Numbered from the whole stretch's first letter, positions 1 to 8,061 are shown. The stretch is DNA of 9,567 bases, filler included, from an uncultured virus (IMG/VR IMGVR_UViG_2049941000_000222) (7 parts of one record of this genome joined end to end with filler, not necessarily neighbours in it); one strand, 5' to 3'. Program-made: numbers and translations. The notes: generated by a model from the sequence alone, not told the origin.

Positions 1-1
1 T

Positions 2-379
2 GTATCCGAGATACAGCAACTGCTCGCATATCATGGTATCGTACACATGAAGCGGTGCTATGTGGAAGTTATACAGAAACTCCAGGTCAAACTTAAGGTT
101 ATGTCCTATAAGATGCGATGCTTCTATCGTCCTCCTGTACAGCAACGGGTCTATGCTGCCGCAATCAACGACTATCTGGGTGTTCTCACCAGTTTGGAAG
201 TCGTGATAGCCGAACTGCATGGACGCAAGACTGCACACATGCGGGTCCAGGCCAGTGGTCTCAGTATCAAACTGTACCACAGGCCAACTGCTGATAAGCG
301 AGATGCTGTCTTCTACTGACAACTTCTGTACGTCGTTCATAGAAGAAACATCTATTCTGTCGCTTACAAGATAAATCAT
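2..379 (-). CDS. Family A DNA polymerase, N-terminal 3'-5' (DEDD) exonuclease domain, 3'-partial; probably phage
   Basis: My translation (absent from the ORF track because it runs off the edge): MIYLVSDRIDVSSMNDVQKLSVEDSISLISSWPVVQFDTETTGLDPHVCSLASMQFG...HLIGHNLKFDLEFLYNFHIAPLHVYDTMICEQLLYLGY. It shows ExoI (DTETTGLD), ExoII (GHNLKFD) and the YDTM motif of PolA-type exonucleases. The ATG overlaps the upstream TGA (ATGA at 379-376). No 5'-nuclease domain precedes it, unlike bacterial PolI. Confidence 0.85.
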   Translation of the reverse strand, partial: MIYLVSDRIDVSSMNDVQKLSVEDSISLISSWPVVQFDTETTGLDPHVCSLASMQFGYHDFQTGENTQIVVDCGSIDPLLYRRTIEASHLIGHNLKFDLEFLYNFHIAPLHVYDTMICEQLLYLGY

Positions 380-596
380 ATCGTCATCGTCACTGTTCTT
401 TTCTCGTAGTCTATTACAACGTCATACTTTGCAAGGAAATCCGAGCCTAGAATGAGAGCCACGGTACAGTTATAGTTACGGTAAAGTTCGAAATGCTCAG
501 TCACCGAGGACATATCGAACTCATAGCCGGAAACCATAAACACCTGGTCACCGATTGTGGTCTCAACATTCAACTGGGATATATTGTTCTTCTTGT
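376..596 (-). CDS. Retropepsin-like aspartic protease, C-terminal fragment (5' end lost in N gap)
   Basis: Ends ...VALILGSDFLAKYDVVIDYEKRTVTMTI*, matching the C-terminal ILGxDFL...vIDy motif of retropepsin-like proteases. The catalytic D-T/S-G motif is not in the visible part. Confidence 0.6.
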
Positions 597-606
597 NNNN
601 NNNNNN

Positions 607-700
607 CACGGACAACTTCTGTACGTCGTTCATGGAAGAAACATCTATTTTGTCGCTTACAAGATAAATCATATCGTCATCGTCACTGTTCTTTTCTCGT
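607..700. repeat. 94-bp near-identical second copy of 314-407 (protease stop/polymerase start junction)
   Basis: Direct alignment at offset 293 gives 4 mismatches (314/607, 317/610, 341/634, 357/650). The copy is flanked by an N gap and a linker, so it is likely an assembly bubble or strain allele. Confidence 0.9.
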
Positions 701-800
701 NNNNNNNNNNNNNNNNNNNNNNNNNNNNNNNNNNNNNNNNNNNNTTAATTAATTAANNNNNNNNNNNNNNNNNNNNNNNNNNNNNNNNNNNNNNNNNNNN
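701..800. other. Artificial contig-join linker
   Basis: 44 N + TTAATTAATTAA (stops in all six frames) + 44 N. Confidence 0.98.
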
Positions 801-1027
801 AACACGACGAGCGAAGTCACGAAGGCAGCAACCTGCGAAGCAAAGGGCGAAACGACCTATACCGCGACGTTCACGAATACAGCATTCGAGACGCAGACCA
901 AGACCGTCGAGAACGTAGAAGCGATCGGACACGATTGGGATGCACCGACCTATGAGTGGGCGGAAGACTACAGCACAGTGACGGCAACCCGTATCTGCAA
1001 GAACGATGCGAACCACAAGGAGACCGA
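801..1027 (+). CDS. Surface protein fragment: about one Cys/His repeat unit
   Basis: NTTSEVTKAATCEAKGETTYTATF...EAIGHDWDAPTYEWAEDYSTVTATRICKNDANHKET, open at both ends. 945-1027 is near-identical to 5739-5821, and 803-824 is identical to 5831-5852. Confidence 0.85.
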
Positions 1028-1037
1028 NNNNNNNNNN

Positions 1038-2385
1038 GAAGGCGGCGTGACCGGATGGCACGGCTTTTTGGTCGATCATGATCTGGATGCGGACGAGGAG
1101 CTTCAGCTGAACGGTTCATTCGGCAATTCCCTGACTTACGGGAAGCTTTGCGATACGATTCGCGAGGTGCTGTACGGTGCATACAATCTGAGTGATGACA
1201 ACATCGGTACGAAGATGTCTGTTTCTCTCCGCCTCTATGAAAGAGAAGACGGAGTGGAGACAGGCAGTTTTGTTACTTTGACTTCTTTTGAACACACATT
1301 CAAGGAAGCCGTGGAGATTCAGCCGGCAGAAACAGCTGATGAAAACGTTGAACGTGTTTCCGATCCTGCGGACGATACGCCGACGGAAACGGAACCCGCA
1401 GCGGAGCCGGAAGAACCGGCAGAGCCTTCGGAGGAGGAACCGGAAGAGGAACCGGCGGAACCGATCCTGAACGTTGAGCCGACGAAGCCGGTGACCGAGG
1501 GGAGCACGTGGACGGTAACGCTGACGTCGAGAACGAAGGAATCCGCAACGACGGTAGGCAGACTGTCCGGCGGCGGCGTGTACAACGACGGCGAGAGCGT
1601 GACGGTGACGGCATACCCGCGCAGAGGATATACGTTCACGGGCTGGTACGACGCGAGCGATACGGCGTTTGAGAATAAGCTCAGCAAAGAACAGAGCTAC
1701 ACGTTCACGGTAACGGCGGACACGAACCTTGTGGCGATCTACGCGGCGTCGCAGGGAACGCTGTTCACGCTGATCGTGCACGCATCCAGATACAGGGTCA
1801 ACAACGGCGCGATACAGACGGATATGACCACGTATGCGTACAACGTGGGCGAAGTGATGTACCTTTCGTTCCTTGACGATACGAAGGACTTCCTGTATTG
1901 GGTCAATTCTTCGGGGAACATTCTTTCCACGCAGAAGGAGTTCTCGTTTGCGCTGGCGTCGGATACGGAGATCACGTCGTACTACGCAAGATCGGACACG
2001 AACGATACGACGGCAATGGTCATCTTCCAGAACGCGTATAAGCAGGTACTGCTGTCGAGAACATACGCAGCGGGACAGCCGATCACGTATCCGAGCAACA
2101 ACCCGATCAAGATCGGCAGCGTTTTCAAGGGCTGGTATATCGCAGACAGAGACGGCAACCCGACGGAGACCGAAGCGACGGAAGCGGCGATCTACGCGGC
2201 AATGGAAGGTACGAACGCGGTGATCGTGGTACCGGGCTATGTACCCAACGGGGAAGAGTATACGATCACGGTTGAGTACACGGACGGAGAGACGCAGCTG
2301 AAGGACAGCATCTCGTCGGTACTGGCAGTGGGCGACTCCAGGACGTTCAGGGCGCCGGAGATCAGCGGATATACGTTCCGGTATT
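1038..2385 (+). CDS. Large surface protein fragment: unnamed domain (C-terminal half), Pro/Glu linker, InlB B-repeat-like units
   Basis: Open frame between two N gaps. P/E-rich linker at ~1320-1463. GGGVYNDGESVTVTAYPRRGYTFTGWYD...SYTFTVTADTNLVAIY (~1569-1742) is a typical divergent InlB B-repeat (Flg_new_2-like), followed by further F.YW/F.GW repeat units. Confidence 0.85.
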
Positions 2386-2395
2386 NNNNNNNNNN

Positions 2396-3332
2396 TACGC
2401 AGACGTATGTCAGCCGGGAACAGGGAAAATACGTCATATCCAACACGCTGCAGTATTATGCACCGGCAGAATATGTGGTGATGGAAGTCGGGTTTGTGTA
2501 CGGAACGAATAACGGGGTATTCGGCGTGGCAGGCGGAGCAGACAATCTGTATCTGGACGCGTCCGACACGGAAAAGCATATTTCGGGCTACACAACCAAT
2601 GAAGGCATCTATACGTTCAATGCAAGGACAGACAGTCCGAGCAAGACGATGTATGCGAAGGCATACATGATTCTGAAGACACCGAACGGCGAGGCTGTGA
2701 CGATCTATTCGGACATGTCGGTGGCAAGCTATAATGGCCTCAATGACCCGGATACGCGGTATACGGTTACGTTCGTAAATGACAACGTGTCCCTGCAGAG
2801 CAGCGAATACACGTTTGGCGAGATACCCGCGTACACGGGCGAAACGCCGACGAAGGCAGCAGATGCGCAGTACACCTATACGTTTGCAGGCTGGACGCCG
2901 GAGATCCGGATCGTCACGGGCGATATGACGTATACGGCGACGTATACGACTACGGTCAACAAATACACGATCACATTCGTAAACGAGGACGGCACCGAGC
3001 TGCAGAGCAGCGAAGTTGCGTACGGTGAGACGCCTGCCTATACAGGCGAAACGCCGACGAAGGAAGCGGATACGCAGAACACCTATACATTTGCAGGGTG
3101 GGATCCGGAGATCACGGCAGTCACCGGCGATGCGACGTATACGGCGACGTTCACGACTACGGTCAACAAATACACGATCACATTCGTAAACGAGGACGGC
3201 ACCGAGCTGCAGAGCGGCGAAGTCGCATACGGTGAGACGCCTGCCTACATGGGCGAAACGCCGACGAAGGAAGCGAATGAGGATTACACATACACGTTCG
3301 CGGGTTGGACTCCGGAAGTGGCGGCAGTCACA
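2396..3332 (+). CDS. Large surface protein fragment ending in tandem InlB B-repeat (Flg_new-like) units
   Basis: Open frame, Thr/Tyr/Gly-rich. A ~120-aa beta-type module (EVGFVYG...[10 protein letters not shown]...TIYSD) is followed by three repeats. Confidence 0.85.
2760..3332 (+). repeat. Three tandem 68-69-aa coding repeats (204 bp, 207 bp, truncated third)
   Basis: Units start at 2760, 2964 and 3171: YT(V/I)TFVN...LQS.E..YGE.PAY.GETPTK.A....TYTFAGW.PE...VTGD.TYTAT. Confidence 0.92.
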
Positions 3333-3432
3333 NNNNNNNNNNNNNNNNNNNNNNNNNNNNNNNNNNNNNNNNNNNNTTAATTAATTAANNNNNNNNNNNN
3401 NNNNNNNNNNNNNNNNNNNNNNNNNNNNNNNN
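3333..3432. other. Artificial contig-join linker
   Basis: N44-TTAATTAATTAA-N44. Confidence 0.98.
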
Positions 3433-3434
3433 TC

Positions 3435-4039
3435 GGCTTCGCAGAGGGCGGTTCCAAGACATTTGATCCGAATATCCTGACGGTGACAAAGAACGGAAAA
3501 ACGATCACCCCGACGGTGAAGCTGGACGACGGAGCGTTCCAGGCGGTTACGAACAGCTTTATCATCAATACGGAAGGGACGCACACGCTGACCTATCAAT
3601 ACGTGGATCCGTATAACTTCCGTCTTGACGGAAACGGAAACGTGGCAGCGTACAGCATGACTTACACAAAGACTGTCAGCATCACCGTTACCGTTGCGAT
3701 CACAAGCATTCAACCTGCGACCTTCGATTTCAACGGAAGAGGGTATCGGTCTGTGGTGGCAAACAATGTGACATATGTTATGCCGGACGTCACTGCAACG
3801 GAAACCAATTTGATCGGCAGCAAGTCGGTCGGAGGAAAGACAATCTACTACATAATTGCTCCGACATATTACTCTACGACCGCAACCGGCAGTTTAACCC
3901 CGGTCGATCCGGACAATGAGTATTCGTTGGCAAATATGTATATCTGGTGTCCGATATTTGACAGCGTTGTCACGATTACGGATTATGATGAGGAAGGGAC
4001 AGCCACAACTTATGGGAGCGGCACGACGAACATGGCGGA
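3435..4039 (+). CDS. Extracellular protein fragment, Ig-like/beta-rich, unknown function
   Basis: Open frame GFAEGGSKTFDPNILTVTKNG...EGTHTLTYQYVDPYNF...YTKTVSITVTV...TYVMPDV..., Thr/Tyr/Val-rich, no start or stop visible. Confidence 0.75.
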
Positions 4040-4049
4040 NNNNNNNNNN

Positions 4050-4344
4050 GGTATCGTATTCTACTTCGAGAACATGACCGGCGGAGAAACGCTGCGGATT
4101 GTCGGAGACGGTCTGACACAATACAACACGGTCGCGAAAGACCAGAAGGATCACGCTGTGAGCACAGCCGCTATAGCGTACAATAATATGTTCACCATCG
4201 ATTCCGGATTCATCTATAATGACGGAACAACGCAATGGGTCTGCACAGGTGTTCTTTCGCTGACCGACAATGTCGGCAGTGACAATATTGATACGCCGGA
4301 CGGATATGATTGGGAGAACGTCAGCATGCTCGGATACCGCGGGC
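4050..4344 (+). CDS. Extracellular protein fragment, unknown function
   Basis: Open frame GIVFYFENMTGGETLRIVGDG...GYDWENVSMLGYRG between two N gaps. Confidence 0.7.
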
Positions 4345-4354
4345 NNNNNNNNNN

Positions 4355-4917
4355 GGCGACGATGAGACCGGTTACACTTCGGCGACGGCAACCTTCACGG
4401 ATGAGAATGATCCCGCGACCTCCAGGACGGTTACGGATGAAACCATCGATATCGAAACGACTCCTGCCACCTGTACAACAGAGGGCGCGATCGTTTATAC
4501 GGCAACGGTAACGTTCAACGGAGAAACCTATACCGACACGAAGACGGTCGTGCTCGAAGCAACCGGGCACGATTGGGAGTTCGTAGACTTTACTTGGACG
4601 GAGACCGCTGACGGCTACACGGCGGTTGCGAACTACAAGTGCAAGAATAACGAAGAACATAAACAGACTGTCAACGCGACGGTAACGGTCGAAACGACGG
4701 ATGCGACCTGCGAGACGGCGGGCAGCAAGGTCTACACGGCAACGGTGACGGCGGAAGCGAGCCTCGACGGAGCAGAGCATACCAACAACAAGACGGTCGA
4801 GCTTGAAGCGCTCGGACACGACTGGCAGTTCGTCGACTTCACGTGGACGGAGACCGCGGACGGCTGGACGGCGGTTGCGAACTACAAGTGCAAGAACGTC
4901 GCGACGCACACGAAGAC
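4355..4917 (+). CDS. Surface protein fragment: tandem Cys/His repeats (~2.3 units)
   Basis: Two copies of ATC...G..VYTATVT...KTV.LEA.GHDW.FVDFTWTETADG.TAVANYKCKN...H, open at both ends. Confidence 0.88.
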
Positions 4918-5017
4918 NNNNNNNNNNNNNNNNNNNNNNNNNNNNNNNNNNNNNNNNNNNNTTAATTAATTAANNNNNNNNNNNNNNNNNNNNNNNNNNN
5001 NNNNNNNNNNNNNNNNN
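4918..5017. other. Artificial contig-join linker
   Basis: N44-TTAATTAATTAA-N44. Confidence 0.98.
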
Positions 5018-5019
5018 TG

Positions 5020-5238
5020 AAATACGATCGGGCACAGTGGGAGAAGGATATACAGACCTACGGCCTGTACGATTATGAACAGTTTGCCGCATATATTACG
5101 GAAGCGCAGTTTGTGATGTACGGATATGCGTATTTCAAGATAGCGGTCGGAAAGGGCATTCTGACGTTTGACGACGTGCTGGCGATGATCGAACTTCATA
5201 AGCCGTATATGTTCGACAGGATCTATGACGGCGATTGA
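5020..5238 (+). CDS. C-terminus of a protein (5'-partial); resembles the helical tail after Hint domains in clostridial surface proteins
   Basis: My translation (not in the ORF track): KYDRAQWEKDIQTYGLYDYEQFAAYITEAQFVMYGYAYFKIAVGKGILTFDDVLAMIELHKPYMFDRIYDGD*, TGA at 5236-5238, followed by a terminator. The family link is from recalled similarity, not a search. Confidence 0.7.
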   Translation, partial: KYDRAQWEKDIQTYGLYDYEQFAAYITEAQFVMYGYAYFKIAVGKGILTFDDVLAMIELHKPYMFDRIYDGD

Positions 5239-5272
5239 CACACGATCCGGATCATAAATAGCATCTTACTAC

Positions 5273-5314
5273 AAAAAAGGATCTGACGTACCCAATAGGC
5301 GTCAGATCCTTTTT
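5273..5314. terminator. Bidirectional intrinsic terminator
   Basis: Perfect 15-bp inverted repeat AAAAAGGATCTGACG (5274-5288) / CGTCAGATCCTTTTT (5300-5314) with an 11-nt loop. It gives U-tracts on both strands and lies between convergent stop codons at 5238 and 5360. Confidence 0.9.
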
Positions 5315-5359
5315 CGTTTAGTCGGAAAGCAGCTGATGCTGCCGGAAACATCATGGCTG

Positions 5360-5722
5360 TTATGTCTGCTTGAACGCTGCAATTCGGGATTTCAGTCTTT
5401 GTATCTCCCTTTGCCGATTTGCTTCGGAACAGCCGAATTGCTCCCACTCGCATTTCCGCAGACGAATGCATCGAGGATATAACGGACAGTCTTTGCATTC
5501 CGGCTGCTCATCCGCATGTGCCTTCCATGACCGAATTGCGTCTGAGTCCAAATGATCGTCATAAATGCTGCCGATCGCTTCCGATTCGCTGAAATGCTCA
5601 CACTTACCGATTCGTCCATCCGGGAGAATCGTGACGCTTCCGTCGTCGTCCGCCATACAACGGTTCATGATAAACTTATTGCTGAGCTTGCCCGGACGCA
5701 TCAATCCCGCATGAAGCAATTT
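5360..5722 (-). CDS. Radical SAM protein, C-terminal SPASM domain (5'-partial)
   Basis: CMADDDGSVTILPDGRIGKCEHF...IGSIY...CKDCPLYPRC...C...C fits the SPASM pattern C...PDG...C...IG...CxxCx5C. TAA at 5362-5360. The radical SAM core (CxxxCxxC) is not visible. Confidence 0.85.
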   Translation of the reverse strand, partial: KLLHAGLMRPGKLSNKFIMNRCMADDDGSVTILPDGRIGKCEHFSESEAIGSIYDDHLDSDAIRSWKAHADEQPECKDCPLYPRCIRLRKCEWEQFGCSEANRQREIQRLKSRIAAFKQT

Positions 5723-5735
5723 CNNNNNNNNNNGC

Positions 5736-7347
5736 AAACCGACCTATGAGTGGGCGGAAGACAACAGCAGCGTGACGGCAACCCGTATCTGCAAGAACGA
5801 TGCGAACCACAAGGAGACCGAAACGGTCGACACGACGAGCGAAGTCACGAAGCTGCCGACCCTGGATGCGCGCGGTGAAACAACCTACACGGCAACGTTT
5901 GAGAACGAAGCATTCGAGACACAGACCACGACCGATGACAATATTCCGATGCTTCCGAAGGCAAACGCAGAGTTGATCGATTCGGAAACCATTACAGTAA
6001 ACAACGAAGATGAAAAGCTCGATGCGGAATACAAGTTCACGCCGGTCGAGCCGACGGAAGAGCAGCTTGCGTACTACGGCAACTGGTATGCGGACTACCG
6101 CGTAAGCATGGATGCAGATACGGCGGCGCAGACCTTCGGACTGTACGGTGCATATGCCGGCTATGGTCAGCACTTTGCAGAAGGCTTCCTGTTCCCGCAG
6201 GATCTGACGAAGGACGAACCCGTGATGCTGCTTGCACTTGCGGGCCTTTCCGTGACATATGAGGATGTTGCGATCAACATCGGTGAATTTATCTGCGGCG
6301 TGTTCAATAAGTCCGTGGAAAATGTTGGCAAGACGTTTACGGTTGAGCTGGTCATTTGGGATCCGGAAGCCCCGAATGCAAAGTACGTGATCGCAACGCA
6401 AAGCTATACCTTCCAAGCGCCGGAACTTCCGGAAGCGAAGGTTGAAACCGTAACGCCTCCGGCGAAGGACGTCGTACTCTTTGATCCTGCTACTCTGAGC
6501 GAAACGACCAATGCTGTCGAGCAGCTGAATGCAGAGTATCAGTTCACGGCAATCGAGCCGAAACTGCTGACAAAAGAGTATTACGGCGGCTGGCACAGCG
6601 ATTATCGCATAACGTTCGAAAATGTGTTTGACGCAAACAGCTTTGGCCTGTACGGCGCGTATAACGGATTCGGAAACGAATATAAGGTAGCATTCCTGTA
6701 TCCGAACAACGCTGCTGAAAACGAACAGGTTTATCTGTTGAATGCAGCAGGACTGGGCAACATTACATATGCAGACGTAGTAGATCAGATCAAAATATTC
6801 AACTGCGGCGTATTCAACCTGTCGCAGGAGAATGTCGGTAAGAAGATAAGAGTTGAGCTGGTAATCTGGGAAGGCGAGAACAAAGATCAGGCGATCGTTC
6901 TCACCTCTACCGAGTATACCTTCGATGCACCTACGCAGTTGAATTGCATTCATAACTGGCAGTTCAAAGACTTCACCTGGACAAAAACCGATGATGGTTA
7001 CACAGCGGTAGCGAACTACGAGTGCGAGCATGATGCGACGCACACCAAGACGGAGACCGCAACGGTAACGAGCGAGACGACGGATGCGACCTGCGAAGAA
7101 ACGGGTAAGATCGTTTACACCGCGACCGAAGGCGAACATACCGACACCAAGACAGTTGACATCGACGCACTCGGTCACGCATGGGGCGAGCCGATGTGGA
7201 CTTGGACCGGCAATGACGAGAACGGCTACACCGCAGCGGTTGCGAACTTCGTATGTAAAAATGACGAGACGCATAAGAAAGAAATGACCGCAACGGTCGA
7301 AAAAACTGACGGAACCGAGGAAGACGAGGGATATACCGTCTATACGG
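5736..7347 (+). CDS. Large surface protein fragment: Cys/His repeat, two tandem unnamed ~160-170-aa domains, more Cys/His repeats
   Basis: Gap-free open frame of ~537 codons with no start or stop and obvious internal duplication. Confidence 0.9.
5952..6935 (+). repeat. Tandem duplicated protein domain (158 aa at 5952-6425; 170 aa at 6426-6935)
   Basis: Shared motifs in the same order: LP.A, L.AEY.FT..EP, YYG.W..DYR, FGLYGAY.G.G, LL..AGL, TY.DV, F.CGVFN.S.ENVGK, VELVIW, YTF.AP. Confidence 0.92.
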
Positions 7348-7447
7348 NNNNNNNNNNNNNNNNNNNNNNNNNNNNNNNNNNNNNNNNNNNNTTAATTAAT
7401 TAANNNNNNNNNNNNNNNNNNNNNNNNNNNNNNNNNNNNNNNNNNNN
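7348..7447. other. Artificial contig-join linker
   Basis: N44-TTAATTAATTAA-N44. Confidence 0.98.
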
Positions 7448-7448
7448 G

Positions 7449-7835
7449 AAGGTCGTGGGCTATACGGTCACGATCAGCGATCCGTCGTATACCGAAAGCG
7501 ACTTCACATTCAACAGCGAAGCGACTGCGAGCGGCACGAATGTTGGTGAATATCCGATGAACCTTGCTGCAGACCAGTTCAGCAACAACAATGCGAACTT
7601 CGACGTCACGTTCGTTGTCGTTGACGGTTATATTGAGATCACGCCTGCACCGGTCACCATCACAGTAGCGAATGCAAACAAACACGTAGGCAAAAACGAC
7701 CCGGCATTTACGGGAACGGTGAGCGGTCTCATTGATGAAAACGATCTGGGCGCGATCACGTACAGCCGTACAAACAGCAACGAGAATGAACCCGGTACAT
7801 ATTCTGATGTCCTGACGGCGAACTACACCGAAAAC
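7449..7835 (+). CDS. Surface protein fragment with MBG-type stalk domains
   Basis: ...GTNVGEYPMNL...FDVTFVVVDGYIEITPAPVTITVANANKHVGKNDPAFTGTVSGL...EPGTY matches the MBG/MBG_2 pattern (G.L.IT.A..TIT....K.YG..DP.FT). Confidence 0.75.
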
Positions 7836-7933
7836 NNNNNNNNNNNNNNNNNNNNNNNNNNNNNNNNNNNNNNNNNNNNNNNNNNNNNNNNNNNNNNNNN
7901 NNNNNNNNNNNNNNNNNNNNNNNNNNNNNNNNC

Positions 7934-7983
7934 CCGGCGCTCGGGCACGACTTAGTGCACCATGACGCGAAGGCAGCGACCTG
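7934..7983 (+). CDS. Tiny fragment of a Cys/His repeat
   Basis: PALGHDLVHHDAKAAT(C), between N gaps. Confidence 0.6.
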
Positions 7984-7994
7984 NNNNNNNNNNT

Positions 7995-8050
7995 GCGAAC
8001 CCGGCAGGCGGCTTTGCATTCGACGTATGCCGCTATTCGAGCTATCCGTC
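7995..8050 (+). repeat. Variant copy of coding segment 8251-8306
   Basis: ANPAGGFAFDVCRYSSYP here versus ANPAGGFAFDVCRYASYP; an isolated piece between two 10-N gaps. Confidence 0.85.
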
Positions 8051-8061
8051 NNNNNNNNNNT

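Noticed and set aside
47..319. Plus-strand 90-aa ORF
   Set aside because: Antisense shadow of the polymerase exonuclease ORF, which has clear catalytic motifs.
376..672. ORF-track 98-aa protein as a single gene
   Set aside because: It is a chimera across the N gap: the duplicated polymerase N-terminus fused to the protease C-terminus.
314..700. Diversity-generating retroelement TR/VR pair
   Set aside because: Mismatches are not adenine-specific in one direction (coding strand A>G, A>C, T>C, G>A), are mostly synonymous, and no reverse transcriptase is visible.
745..756. Recurrent TTAATTAATTAA palindrome (also at 3377, 4962, 7392, 8455, 8972) as a biological repeat or CRISPR
   Set aside because: Always centred in 44+44 Ns and encodes stops in all six frames; it is an artificial join.
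1116..2579. Long minus-strand ORFs (also 4214-4909, 5676-7274, 7756-8406, 8972-9454)
   Set aside because: Arg/Val-rich antisense shadows expected from biased codon usage of the plus-strand genes; no recognisable motifs.
4345..4511. Apparent frameshift or pseudogene between ORFs 3483-4511 and 4310-4969
   Set aside because: The frame change falls in a 10-N gap of unknown true length.
5244..5253. 10-bp palindrome GATCCGGATC after the stop codon
   Set aside because: Single short occurrence in a 3' region with no supporting context; plausibly chance.
5724..5733. Insertion of a surface-protein gene into the radical SAM gene
   Set aside because: The junction is an N gap next to multi-copy repeat DNA; a large unsized gap or mis-scaffolding is more likely.
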